Of a stretch of DNA of 64,000 bases, positions 51,241-63,800 are shown in pieces. This DNA comes from Octopus bimaculoides (Eukaryota). The first letter of the stretch is position 1. Every line of letters begins with the position of its first letter. The DNA lies in NCBI RefSeq assembly GCF_001194135.2, contig NC_068981.1, positions 54,896,801 to 54,960,800 on the forward strand. Direction: 5' to 3'. Position numbers and translations under genes: made by a program. The notes beneath the pieces are model-generated. The model worked only from the letters and a program-made list of their open reading frames with translations, was not told where the DNA came from and ran no database searches.

Positions 51241-52741
51241 GATGTGAATGTCTTCAAAAATTGGAGAAGAAAACATCCATAAAGAACAGATGAAAAACCT
51301 ACAATCCCTAAATCGAGTTTATAGATCTTCATTTGTTTCTATTATCACAGATGCACTGAACTGCGTAACAACAAATCTGCATAGAAACCTGGAAGTGCTT
51401 GGGTCCTCCAGAAAAAGAAAAAGAACTGAGTAAATTAATTCGTATTCTCCAGATACAGTGTATTAGAGGAACAGTAAAAATTTGTTAAACATTTCAGGGG
51501 TTCTTCATCTGACGTTCCTGAGAAGAACATATGCACACAATCATATATTCCCTTTGTATGCATAATAATGAAACCTACACACTTGTCTGTAGTAACATCC
51601 ACATCCACGAATGCAAGCTTACCCACACACGCACACATATACATGGAACGCGCACACATACATACATTACGTACACAAACTAATCCAGGTAACTACAAAC
51701 CCCAAGAGATGCATTACTTAAATAAAAGAGCCTTGCAAATTTGTTAGTGACCTGCAAAGGAGAGACTTAAAATAAATCTCAAAGAAGCATACACACAGAC
51801 ACACACACATACACATATGCATAAATATACATTCATACATGCATTCACACATACACAAACCTTTAAAACATATGTTGCAAACTAATACTGTAAGAAAGAA
51901 ATCTGAAGTCATGTGTAGCAAATGACAGGATTATCAGCAGCTAAATAACTTATGCTATATTTATTGAATATTTAGAGTAATGGAGGATGAACCAGTAGAC
52001 TGAATGTCTACTAGTTCAACCTCCATAGAGTATTTAGTTTCATTGCTGTTTTATTCTGAGTTCAAATCTCGTCTAGTTCGACTTTGTTTTACATTCTCCA
52101 GAATCTATAATATAAGTATCAGTAATGTACTAGGATTGATTCAAACCACTGTATTCATTCTTTACATAGTGGCGGCCTTGGGAGAAATCATTAGGGAATA
52201 GAACGCTACATTTATTTTATATATAAACATAAATGCAGACGCTCATGGATATATCCATACATGTATACACAGAGAAATATAAGGCGATTTCCTTATATCA
52301 TGTATCCGAATGGTATTAAGTTGTTTACAATAAATATACGAGAGGGAAAAAGATTACAACGTATATGGTGCACGACTGTATGTGTGTATGTGTGCGTGTA
52401 TTCTCTTAATTTTATATTTGTTGTAAACAACTTAATATCATATTCATATATCAATCAGCGCAATAAATATACCTCTTTGTGTGTGCTTATGTGCGACCAT
52501 ATATGTGTGTGTGCCTGCATATGTATTGGTATATAAAATAAATGTTGGAATCTATTCCATAATGATTTCTCATATTCATATTCTTGCGTGACTACCCGTT
52601 TATCAACAAAAAATCTTTTATAAAGCGGTACTGTTCGTATCCGAGCACATTCCAAAAATACCAAATGAGCTTGAAATTATAGCACACTCTTGATGTTTAT
52701 TTTTTTAGATTACAATGAATACTAGGTAAAAATATGGTAAG

Positions 52742-53425
52742 ACGTTCGATGTTTCAACGGGTAACCACATCGGTGCAGAGATGTGTGAAGCCATAGGACT
52801 ATTCCTCTTGATTGAACAGAAAGGCAAGAACACTAACGTTGGACTGTATAATGACTAAAGCTTGATAGTTTTGAAAATTCGTAATGGACGTGCAACTAAT
52901 ACACTGAAGAATATAATCAAAGCATCGAGCAAAATATGTGAAAATGACTGGAGTAAGCAACCTAGTATCAGCCGCCTTCTTAGATACAACGTCAAATTTA
53001 AATTTGGTATGAAATCTGGTGACCAGCCTCTAAATATACATTCAGGTTCATATATAATGTAAATATACACCCCTCTGAGTTATTAAGCAAATATCTATAA
53101 AAATAAATGACCACGTAAGCAATTTTCCAACGAAGCAACAGTTCACAGAGCCGAGAACAACTACCTCTAGACACATCAAAACATAGACACATCAAAACTC
53201 ATTAGCATACAGACCACAAACAATATAGTCCCTCAACATGGAAAGAGATACAATCTGGTTAAACCCACCGTTCAATAAGAACGTTTTTACTTACATGACT
53301 AAACAATTTCTTTCCCTGATTAAATAGCACAAACTACACAAAAATAGTACAAATCAAAGGAGAGATGTTTGTAATTGAGCAAAAACTGAGTAGTGTCCTT
53401 GGATAACCACTGCTTTAGAAATTGC
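52742..53425 (+). pseudogene. Penelope-like element reverse transcriptase remnant
   Basis: FDVSTGNHIGAEMCEAIGLFLL, NVGLYND*, AFLDTT.NL, DQPLNIH, IWLNPPFNKNV, and a CN....CP...HC linker typical of PLE RT/GIY-YIG ORFs. Confidence 0.8.
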
Positions 53426-53461
53426 ATTAATCATTATAACTGTGTCTTAACATCGGCTTAC

Positions 53462-53548
53462 CTGAAAACTTATTCAAGAATTGGCTTATAATACATGAAC
53501 TTTCAAACACTGTGAGAAATAGAGTCCTGCATCGTTCTCCAAGCAAAT
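53462..53548 (-). CDS. Candidate 87-nt internal exon of an unidentified host gene
   Basis: Acceptor TTCCTCTTTATTATTTCCACCAG|, donor CAG|GTAAGC; only the phase-1 frame is open: (D)LLGERCRTLFLTVFESSCIISQFLNKFS. No homology recognised. Confidence 0.35.
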
Positions 53549-54229
53549 CTGGTGGAAATAATAAAGAGGAATCTACTGACAACACAAGATCTTTCTTGTA
53601 CATAGACATCCCATTCAGTAATTATTCAAAATGATCCAAGTTTGGTTTGATAGAGAAATATCGCACCACAAAACATTGCACATTAATGAACAGAAAACCA
53701 GAGCTAATCCCAATTTGCAAACCCAGTATGCAATGTTTGCTATATCTTTGCATGGAAACAGGCAAAGCAGCGGTTACGGCACTCATCAAAAAACACTCTG
53801 TCATCTCGTCTTTTGCTTTAAAAACTAAATCAAAAGTCCTGTGAAGACCACATATTACTTTAGTTATTTTAGTATTGAAGATCATAGAATATTTCAGAGC
53901 GTTGCGGTGCTATACGTATTGTTTGCATCATTAATCGTCTATTTTGTGGAGAATTTTGTATAGATGTGTTGTCCAATAACGTTTTACAATCTAGTTGTTT
54001 ATGGTGTATGATGTACTACTTCATAAATATTCCTTTTTGTAAGAGCTTTGTAAGCCGGTGCACAGAGAGTAGATGGGAAAATGTACAGCAAAATGAACAC
54101 ACACAACATACACTAGTCAAACAAGAATAAATACCAATAATATATAAATGTAACGTTCAAAATTTAAATTGTCTACACTAATCCTATTGATTCTGTCTGC
54201 TATATAGTAGTAGTAACACCCGCCAATAT

Positions 54230-54275
54230 GACTTCATTCTGAAGATGAGACTATGATGGCTTAAAAACATTAACG
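54230..54275 (+). other. Decayed hammerhead-like Penelope terminus
   Basis: CTGAAGA-T-GAGAC-TATGAT-GGCTT-AAAAAC; the GAAA box is mutated. Confidence 0.4.
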
Positions 54276-55419
54276 ATAAATTTACGAACTTTGCCTTTGT
54301 AAACAAACTGTGAAAATAAAAAGGATAAAACTATAATGCAGTCGTGTATTCAAAACAGCAAACACACACATCAGCTGGAGGATCTACGTACTGAATTAGA
54401 GAGCCATGTGACTGAGTATTCCACAGACACGTGTATTGTTGACGTAATTATCAAGTAGAAGTAGTATGATGTATTGCCACAATCCTATAGGCTTCTATAT
54501 AGTTTCCGTCTAGCCATTTTTATGTGATAAAAAGCAGATACCTAAAATAATACGCGATGGAATCGAACGCAGGACGTCATGGTTGCGAAATAAACTTCTT
54601 AACCATTCCGCCTTGTAATTTGTGATATTGAAGTTAATTACATCTTAGATATGTACATATTGTTTTGATTAAAACACATATAACACATTTAGGGTTCAAC
54701 TGGTAACAGCATTTGTAGCTAATACTGATTTGATTAAAACACTGTGACATATAAGAAGCTTAAATGGATTATATATAAGACAACTAATAAAACTAATGGA
54801 GTTTTGCGTTAGCAAAAATCTCAAAGAAAATACATCACTCACACACACACACACACACACATACACACACATACACACACGCACACACACACATACACAC
54901 ACACACACACACACACGCTCACACGCACACATACACACACACGCACACACACACACGAATTATATAATATAGTATTATACATAGATTTCAGTCGATTTAA
55001 CCAAGCGGTCTCGTACACAAGAGTTGGCAAAGACCAACCTCGGCTCTCATAAGAAAGGTTGGTAGGTAAAACATGGTGGTGCTTCTTCCACAGTTTTTCT
55101 ACAAGCTATTCTGGTGACTATCAGGATTGTTTTATTTTCCCAAACTCTCGAATNNNNNNNNNNNNNNNNNNNNNNNNNNNNNNNNNNNNNNNNNNNNNNN
55201 NNNNNNNNNNNNNNNNNNNNNNNNNNNNNNNNNNNNNNNNNNNNNNNNNNNNNNNNNNNNNNNNNNNNNNNNNNNNNNNNNNNNNNNNNNNNNNNNNNNN
55301 NNNNNNNNNNNNNNNNNNNNNNNNNNNNNNNNNNNNNNNNNNNNNNNNNNNNNNNNNNNNNNNNNNNNNNNNNNNNNNNNNNNNNNNNNNNNNNNNNNNN
55401 NNNNNNNNNNNNNNNNNNN

Positions 55420-55545
55420 ATAAACAACAAGCAGGTGTATAAACAACAAGCACGTGTATTAGTTTGACGCTCGGGAAGGTGAGAAAGTCTTTTACGTTTC
55501 GAGCCTATGCTCTGCAACAAAACGGAACACGAGGAAATAAACCCA
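55420..55545 (-). other. Penelope-type terminal repeat relic with partial hammerhead core
   Basis: Minus strand GAGC-ATAG-GCTC-GAAACGTA (stem II, GAAA, palindromic ACGT, GUA); the CUGANGA box is lost. Confidence 0.45.
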
Positions 55546-55556
55546 ATATATATATA

Positions 55557-56500
55557 TTGGGTTGGCAAGAAAGTAATTTCGTTTTTCGCAAAAAGAGTTA
55601 CGTTTTTTCTAATGACTGTTGTCAATGTTATGATTTTTTTCCTTTTGACATTTGATAGCCGTTACTTTTAGCTTACTTTACAAGCAAATTGCACGTAATT
55701 TTGTTTACACCTGTTAGTTCAGTACAGCGTATTAAGTTGTAATAAGTTTCAAATATATTGAGTTAACTTCTGCTTCGTAAGTCATGGTTTATGCATTACA
55801 GGAACTATTTACGCTAGCAATTGGTCTCAGAGATGTTGGCTGGGTTATGGGATGCAGAATGCTTTATATTAACAATTTTAACATGGAGTGCAAAACGAAC
55901 ATTTTCGCCATATTTTGCTTTTTTATTTCCGTAAAGACAAGAAAGTCGCTGAGGCTCACAAAGAGATGTGTGAAGTTTATGGTGTTAATTGCTTAACAGA
56001 ATACACATATCAGAAACGGTTTAAAAATTCCGTTCTGGAGATTTTTCATTCAAAGATGACCAACGTTCTGGTCAACCTACTGAAGTTAATGATGACCAAA
56101 TCAAAGCCATAATTGAATCTGATTGTCATATAACTGTGTGAGAGATTGCAGAGAGGTTAAATGTATCACCCACAACAATTGAAAATCATTTAAAATGTCT
56201 TGGACTCGTTAAAAAAGCTCGATATTTGGGTTCCACATAAATTGAAAGAAATTCACTTAACACAACGAATCGATATTTGCGATATGCATCTCAAATGCAA
56301 TGAAATCGACCTTTTTTTGAAACGAATCATCACTGGTGATGAAATTCGGATTGTCTAAAATAAAAACAACTGAAAACGATCATGGTCCAAGCGTAATGAA
56401 CCAGCAGAAACCACATCGAAAGCTGAATTGCATCAAAAACAGTCATGCTTTCGATTTGGTGGGATTACAAAGGTGTTGTGTATTTTGAGCTGCTTCTAAT
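55557..56500 (+). mobile_element. Mariner transposon, 3'-truncated
   Basis: TA|TTGGGTTGGCAAGAAAGTAATTTCG terminus; ATG 55883; HFRHILLFYFRK, ICEVYG-like HTH, IWVPHKL, RIITGDE, WWDYKGVVYFELL; stops at 56500. Confidence 0.93.
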
Positions 56501-57110
56501 GAGCCGGTTTCTAACCTAGATCCAGGGTATTTTTGTATGTATGTATGTCGTTATTCAGTTTTATTTCAAGATTTCTTGCCACTGGTGTGTTTACGTCCCC
56601 GTAACTTAGCGGTTCAGCAAAAGAAACCTATAGCATAAGTACTAGGCTTACAAAGAATGAGTTCTGAGGTCGATTTGTTCGACTAAAGGTGGTGCTCCAG
56701 CTGCAGTCAAATGACTGAAACAAATAAAAGAGTAAAGAGAATAGAGAAAGAGCCGGTTTCTAACCTAGATCCAAGGTACTTTTGTATGTATGTATGTATG
56801 TATGTATGTATGTATGTATGTATACGTGCAGATTTCTATGTTTTATTTTATGTATGTCTTTTCATGCATATCTAGACATGCTCATATATACTTAAATGGT
56901 AAACTTCTGAAAAGTTTTACAGATTTTTACAGTTCCAGTGACGGCCTGGATTTGTAGTCTTCGAATGAGCTTTCTTCTTTCTGGTCCATAATTGACTGCT
57001 TTGATGATCAACGTTACTGTCATCTCGGTGCTTTCAACTAGTATATCTATGCATGGTCTTCTGCTCATATTCGCTCATCCTTCATCTGGTAGAGCCGTGT
57101 AGCTTCTTTG
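56501..57110 (-). mobile_element. 3' end of an R4-like LINE with tandemly repeated 3' UTR and (CATA)n
   Basis: Minus strand KKLIRRLQIQAVTGTVKICKTFQKFTI*; GAGCCGGTTTCTAACCTAGATCCA repeated at 56501 and 56750. Confidence 0.6.
56581..56740 (+). mobile_element. SINE family B, 3' half
   Basis: CTGGTGTGTTTACGTCCCCGTAACTTAGCGGTTC...CAAATGACTGAAACAAATAAAAGAG. Confidence 0.9.
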
Positions 57111-57364
57111 GGAATGTAAGTTTGTATATATGTATTTATGCATGTGTTTATTTCTGAATTTATGGATATGTTTACGGTCCACAAAATCAATGCACGTTAG
57201 CGTCTCTTTCTTACATTAACATCTCTTCCTTTTGTAAGCGGTTCGACAATTAGAAGCGATAAAATAATATCAGATTAACAAATGCAGCTGGTACTTATTT
57301 TATCGCTTCTAAGCTATAAGTCAACATGATCGAGCATGCATTTCGAAGTTCTGTCCCAGCATGA

Positions 57365-57520
57365 CTTCGCCCGTTTATTACTGTTCTTATTTTATCTTAT
57401 GCCTAGGAGGATACACGAAGACGGAAAAGGTCGCTGAAGAGGTCATAGATGTGTGATGAAAGATTTCCGGACAATGGACATAAGATAAAATAATAAGGGA
57501 ATAATACATACATACATACA

Positions 57521-57553
<33 letters not shown>

Positions 57554-57869
57554 TTACGTTTATGAATATGTGTTGCAAGAATCCTGATGGGAAACCGTGT
57601 GTTGAAACAGATATTGTTATATTTCGAGATTGCCATTTTTTTTTTGCCAAATAAACACACGCACTGTATATTCGTTCTTCGCCCGTTTATTACTGTTCTT
57701 ATTTTATCTTATGCCTAGGAGGATACACGAAGACGGAAAAGGTCGCTGAAGAGGTCACAGATGTGTGACGAAAGATTTCCGGACAATGGACATAAGATAA
57801 AATAAGAACAGTAACAAACGAGTGAAGAACGAATATATAGTGTGTGTGTGTTTATTCGGCAAAAAATGG
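57365..57869 (+). ncRNA. Tandem pair of type-I hammerhead-like motifs (period 312 bp); the second lies in the loop of an ~80-bp inverted repeat
   Basis: 129-bp duplication (57365-57493 and 57677-57805, 2 mismatches), each with CTGAAGA-G-GTCA(C/T)A-GATG-TGTGA(C/T)-GAAA-GATTT-C; arms 57633-57713 and 57791-57869. The repeats are seen directly; ribozyme identity is inferred. Confidence 0.6.
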
Positions 57870-57906
57870 GGAAAAAAAAAGCAAATGACCAACCCGAAAT
57901 ATAACA

Positions 57907-57949
<43 letters not shown>

Positions 57950-58387
57950 NNNNNNNNNNNNNNNNNNNNNNNNNNNNNNNNNNNNNNNNNNNNNNNNNNN
58001 NNNNNNNNNNNNNNNNNNNNNNNNNNNNNNNNNNNNNNNNNNNNNNNNNNNNNNNNNNNNNNNNNNNNNNNNNNNNNNNNNNNNNNNNNNNNNNNNNNNN
58101 NNNNNNNNNNNNNNNNNNNNNNNNNNNNNNNNNNNNNNNNNNNNNNNNNNNNNNNNNNNNNNNNNNNNNNNNNNNNNNNNNNNNNNNNNNNNNNATATAT
58201 ATATCTTTGTATGTTGTATCATGCGTCATGCGCCCTTAGCCCTTCTGACTCGTAGGAGCGCCGTTGTGACATACGGCATATCTTAGATTTAACCACTCCA
58301 GATTTTACTACAGCTGATTTCTTCCAGAAGGAGAGAAAGAAACAGCCAGAAAGAAATAATTAGAAAAAGTGGAGAAACGACTTCAAT

Positions 58388-58533
58388 ACAGGACTGGTAT
58401 TTTATTTATGGACTCTGACAGGATGAAAGGCAAAGATGTCCTCGGCGGAATTTGAACTTAGATCGCAGTGGGTCTGAACGATTACCGCATGTCAGTCCAC
58501 TCAATACTTTAACGTTGCAGCCAATCGGTTGCC

Positions 58534-58537
<4 letters not shown>
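58388..58537 (-). mobile_element. SINE family A (diverged)
   Basis: GGATGAAAGGCAAAGATGTCCTCGGCGGAATTTGAAC. Confidence 0.75.
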
Positions 58538-58566
<29 letters not shown>

Positions 58567-58603
58567 GTGTGTGTGTGTGTATGTATTTATATGAGTCTCT
58601 CTT

Positions 58604-58662
<59 letters not shown>

Positions 58663-58700
58663 ATACATATATATATGTGTGTTTGTGTGTGTGTGTATTC
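58536..58700. repeat. Compound microsatellite (TCTA)n-(TG)n-(TC)n-(TA)n-(TG)n
   Basis: Direct reading. Confidence 0.95.
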
Positions 58701-59472
58701 ATATATATATGTATGCACGTACGTATGTGTATTCATGTATATACATATGCATTTATGTTTACGTATGTGTGTGTGTCTGTGTGTACGTCCCAATGCACAT
58801 ACGTACGTAATATACATTCATACCTACATTCACACATCTTACATGCTTCCTCCCTTCTAGTGCCTTCCTTTTGTCTCGTTTCTGTTTTCTCATTATAACT
58901 ACAATTACAGCAACAGCGATTTAATTTCTTTTTTCGTTTACTTCTTTATCCTTTTATCCATCAGCTCACTTAGAGAACTCACACAGCTGTGTGCAAAGCA
59001 GGAGAAGCAATATTTCCACACCGTATAACTATTTCCTTATAGGGTCTGCTTTCTTTCGGTAGCTTATTACTTTGTTGTGCAAAGAGATTCCTTCCGCTCA
59101 GCTGACACAGTTTCAAAGTGGTGAGAGACTTGCAGTTAAATGTACATCGACAGTAAATACGCACAAGTGATTTTGAGAACAAAGAGAATAGTTTTCGTGT
59201 TTTTTTCTTCTAAGGAATAAATATGAAAGATTGAAACCGGCTGTAATCAGCGAACAAAAACTTCGTAAATCAAGGATGTTAAAGTCCATGTTATTAAAGT
59301 ATTAAAAACAGACTGTTTTCGTTCACTCCTTGTAACCATTTTCCCTTTTTTTGTGATTATGGCTTTTTAATGTGGTGGTTTGTCGGTTCGTATCCCTATT
59401 GCAGGCTTTGAGTTACATATAGTGTATATATATATATAATGTGTGTGCGTGCGTGTGTGTGAGTGAGTGTGT

Positions 59473-59650
59473 GGAGGCGCGTGACTTTATATGATTAGGG
59501 TGCTGATCATAATATTGTGGTTTCCATTTCTGGACTGGTCAGCGTGTTGTGTTCTTGAGAAAAACACTTCTTTTTACGTTGCTCCAGTCCACTCAGGGAG
59601 CAGGGTGAATATATACGCTACAAAATCTGGGAAACCGGTCCTATAAGCTT
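59473..59650 (+). mobile_element. SINE family E (diverged)
   Basis: GGAGGCGCGTG head, GTTGTGTTCTTGAGAAAAACACTT, TTGCTCCAGTCCACTCAG; tail shared with 13118-13235. Confidence 0.65.
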
Positions 59651-59837
59651 AGAAAAGACATTTGATCATAATATTAATATATATATATATATATANNNNN
59701 NNNNNNNNNNNNNNNNNNNNNNNNNNNNNNNNNNNNNNNNNNNNNNNNNNNNNNNNNNNNNNNNNNNNNNNNNNNNNNNNNNNNNNNNNNNNNNNNNNNN
59801 NNNNNNNNNNNNNNNNNNNNNNNNNNNNNNNNNNNNN

Positions 59838-61078
59838 TTTAAAATTGAATGAAATTTAATAGTATTTTAGAATGTCTAATGGAATTTAAAATTATTTTTA
59901 TGCATTCATGTACATTTAAACTAATTAAATATTATTTTACACAATAATAGAATTAAAATTTATTTGATTAACACCCTTTCTAACATGGAAGTATCCAAAG
60001 AGCATTTGAGGCACATAATGCTTTATGTGTGCAAAAAAAAAAGGAAACTCTGCAACCGAAGCGATTCGAAACATACACTTAGTTTATGGGAAAGAATGTT
60101 TGAATGAAAGAACTTGCAGAAAATGGTTTGCAAAATTCAGAAGTGGAGATTTCAGCCTTGAAGGTGAAGATCGAACAGGACGTCTAATTGAATTTGGTAA
60201 GCTTCTTGAGGCATTACGTGAAGAAAATTCTGTATTGTCAGTTGAAGAATTGGCAAAAAAGCTTAGTTCAAACCATACAACTGTTCATCGTCATCTTCAA
60301 CAACTTGGAAAGGTTTCTAAACTTGGAAAATGGGTGCCTCATGAATTGTTCGAAAGCAACCGCAAATCTCGAGTTGACATCTGCTCTTCTCTCCATTCTC
60401 GCGAACTCATTTCACCCTTTTTGGATAGACTTGTGACGAAAAATGGATCTTCTATCGAAATGTCAAATGTCGTAAACAGTGGCTTGGTAAAAGGAAAAAA
60501 AACTCAACCACAACCGAGAAGGAACTTCATGAGAAAAAAGTTCTCTCTATCTGGCGGAATTGCAAAGGAGTAATTCACTTTGAATTGTTACCACCAATGC
60601 AACAATCAATGCTCAAGTCTACTGTCAGAAATTAGAGCGTTTGAACTAAGCTTTGAAGAAAAAAAGACCTGCTTAAGTGAATCGAAAAGGAGTGATGTTT
60701 CATCAGGACAATGCGCGACCCCACACTGCAAAGATCACATCACAGAAGATCGAAGAGCTTGGTTGGGATAAAATTCCTCATCCACCTTATTCTCCCGACC
60801 TTGTTCCTTCAGACTACCATTTGCTTCGTAGTTTACAGAATCATTTTGGGGACATAATTTTCGCAACCCAGGAGGAGGTGGAAACTGACATTTCAGAGTT
60901 CTTCGCTTTGAAACCAAAAGAGTTTTACATTGATGGGATTAAAAAGCTTGTAAATAGATGGAAGGAAGTCATGTATAATCAGAGAAAGTACGTTGATGAT
61001 TAAATTTCAATTAAATATAACATTTGATCACTTGTTTTCTTTATTCAAAATTCGGACAGAACTTATGGGATGACCTGA
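59838..61078 (+). mobile_element. Mariner transposon, near full length (5' TIR lost in gap), D34D transposase pseudogene
   Basis: ATG 59985; ERTCRKWFAKFRSGDFSLE, GKWVPHEL, HQDNARPH and YSPDLVPSD (34-residue spacing); 3' TIR ACAGAACTTATGGGATGACCTGA|TA. Confidence 0.95.
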
Positions 61079-61090
61079 TACACACACACA

Positions 61091-61166
<76 letters not shown>

Positions 61167-61167
61167 C

Positions 61168-61325
61168 ACGACGGGCTTCTTTCTGATTCGATCTACAAAT
61201 CAACTCACAAGGCTTTGATCGGCCCGAAGGTATTGTAGGAGACATTTGCTCACTGCTCTAGGTACTATGTTGTGGGGCTGAACCTGGAGGCATGTGGTTG
61301 GGAAGTAGCCTTCTTACCGTCCCCT
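61168..61325 (-). mobile_element. SINE family B, 5' half
   Basis: CGACGGGCTTCTTTC...CTCACAAGGCTTTGATCGGCCCGA. Confidence 0.85.
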
Positions 61326-61557
61326 ACATATATACACACTCATGTATAATATGTGTGTGCGTGTGTGTGTGTATATGTGTGTGTGCGTGTGTGTGTGTCT
61401 TGGAACAGGTGATTTGAAGCAATACTTAAGAAAAATGTCGAAGAAGCCTCCGTGACTCTGTTACATTATTTGCGCATAAAAAAAAAACAGAATCCAAAAC
61501 ACAAATTTATGATCAAATGATTGGACTATATTATTTATCATCCCATTGCCAAAGAGT

Positions 61558-61607
<50 letters not shown>

Positions 61608-62029
61608 CAGGGAGAGAGTCATAATACTATATAAAAGAACAGTTGCTCGAATAAATCATACTAAAATCCTACTTAACATTATTGCTAATAGAATTAAAGT
61701 CAAATATTAAATAGAAGTAGGGGAATACCAATTTTATTTCAGAGACAGAAAACGTATGAACGATACTATTTTTAACACAAAGATGGTTATTCAGAAAACA
61801 TGATGAACTATTTACTGCTTTTATTGACTATCAAAAGACTTTTAACACAGTTATTGATGACAATTATAGTCGGTAATGGGAAAATAGGAATTCCTCAACA
61901 TTTTATGTATTATTAAAATCAGTTTATTCTTAGCTAACGGTAAATGTCAAAAATAATGTAGGCTTCATTGTGTTAGTTGAGATTGTTCCCCCTTTCAGTT
62001 CAACAGCTATGTAGAAGTGTAATGTGGAA

Positions 62030-62490
62030 AGCTCAAGAAGCTTTTGAAGGTTCAGTCAAAACTAACAGAAGAATATTCACCACTCCTTGATTTGGTGATG
62101 ATACTATCCTTATTGCTGGTTGCTTTGAAGAATTGAGAAATTCGATGATGAAAATAAAACATGGAGAACGTGACTTATTCGTTGATTTTAACAAAACTAA
62201 ATCGATTGCCGCAGAACACACTATCGAGATAATCCTATAATAATAATTATCGAAGTAAGTTATTAGTTTTGCTATGCTAGAACTGTCGTTATAAACCAAT
62301 ATGATAACAGCAAAGAGATAAAAAGAATTGAAATGGCATCCTCAGCTACCAACGTTTTAAATCGCATTTTAAAAATTCTAGGCAAAAAGACCGAGTGGAA
62401 GTGTTGCACATCTATGTTTTCAGTAGCAACGTGCAGATCTGAATGGTGGAATTTTTATACAGAAAAGAATACTGAGCAAAGACATTTCAA
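62030..62490 (+). pseudogene. RTE-clade LINE reverse transcriptase remnant
   Basis: FGDDTILIAGCFEELRNSMMKIK, NKTKSI, DNSKEIKR.EMA (RT domains 5-7 pattern). Confidence 0.75.
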
Positions 62491-62929
62491 AATATGGTGG
62501 TAGTATGAAGAATTAGCTCGAGAGAAGAAAAAGATAAATTAACATGTGTTGCTGCTTCTGTTGTCGTTGCTGCTTCTGTTGTCGTTGCTGCTTCAGCTCA
62601 TTAGGTTGTAGAGTTAATAGCATTGAGAGCTTCCTTTTATTTGCCTTCTACCGTGGGTAGGAAACTCTTAGGTAGCAGGCTGTGTCACAAATGCGACACC
62701 TTGGCCTTTTGCTCTCTACCATTACTATTAATCTGGTGCCATTTGGTAGTTCGATTACGTCGGGGATGGCTTCGACTTTCTCTTAGTTCATTTGAATTAA
62801 TAGTTCCTTGCATATATCCGACCAGCTTTCTCGGTGTATGTGCTAAACTTCTGACATTGCCTCGTCTTCATCACTAAAAAAGACAGTCGTCATTAACCAC
62901 CAGATAATTATTTCAGATTATATGTCCAT

Positions 62930-63170
62930 CACCCTCAACTTCTCGACTCGTTTACCCATATATGATGGGATGAGGATGAATTCCTCATTTTCAAGTACGA
63001 GCATGGAGTGCTTCCTCACTTTGGACTCAGACCCAAATCTCACGTCAACTGTGCTAAATTGTTCGTCAGACGTAACGAAAGATTTTTTAATTCCCACGCG
63101 AGGCCCATGGGTTCATCTTTCAAATTGTCGACTCTTAACGCCGATGCAACGGTAAGTCACCATGCCTCGA
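62930..63170 (-). pseudogene. Possible LINE ORF1 (L1/Tx1-like) remnant
   Basis: FSTVDVRFGSESKVRKHSMLVLENEEFILIPSYMGKRVEKLRV reads like recalled non-LTR ORF1 segments; unverified. Confidence 0.35.
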
Positions 63171-63611
63171 TTAATTTGGTTGACAACGTAACTAGGTTGC
63201 CTTACGTTTACTGAAAATGATTTTCCTTTTTTAATTATTTCTCTCGGCAGCTAAAGTTTTTTTTAATTATTTCTCTCGGCATTAGCAGCTCGAGCAACAA
63301 CCTGCCAAACATCTTTTGGCAGGTTGCTGTTGCTGCTGCTGCCGTTAAACTGCATATTAGATTCATAATGGAATTAGTAAGAGGAAGCTGTGGGAGATCC
63401 TTTTTGTAGTAGCTGTCCCAACAGCTATCCATACCTTCCATTTACGAGGCCATGCTTGTCTTTGATTTTTAAAAAAATGTTTAAATTTTAAACATTAACT
63501 TGATGGCCATCTTTTCTGCAAACATGACGAAATTTAATTTCATACACGATATTGCAACGTTGTATTGAAGACCAGTATAAAACGTCATATATGTCAAGTA
63601 CATAAATGTAA

Positions 63612-63764
63612 ACGCAGGCATAGGTGTGTGGTTAAGGAACTAGTTTTGTCAGACGAAGGTTCAGTCCCAGTGCGCGACACCTTGGGCAAGTGATTTGCCC
63701 TGGATCGACTAAATACCTTGTGAGTGAATTTGATAGACGTAAACTTTATGAAAGCCAGTCGGGA

Positions 63765-63800
<36 letters not shown>

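Noticed and set aside
58965-59060. Plus-strand exon candidate after a strong polypyrimidine tract and CAG
   Set aside because: No good donor site and no recognisable peptide; such tracts are common here.
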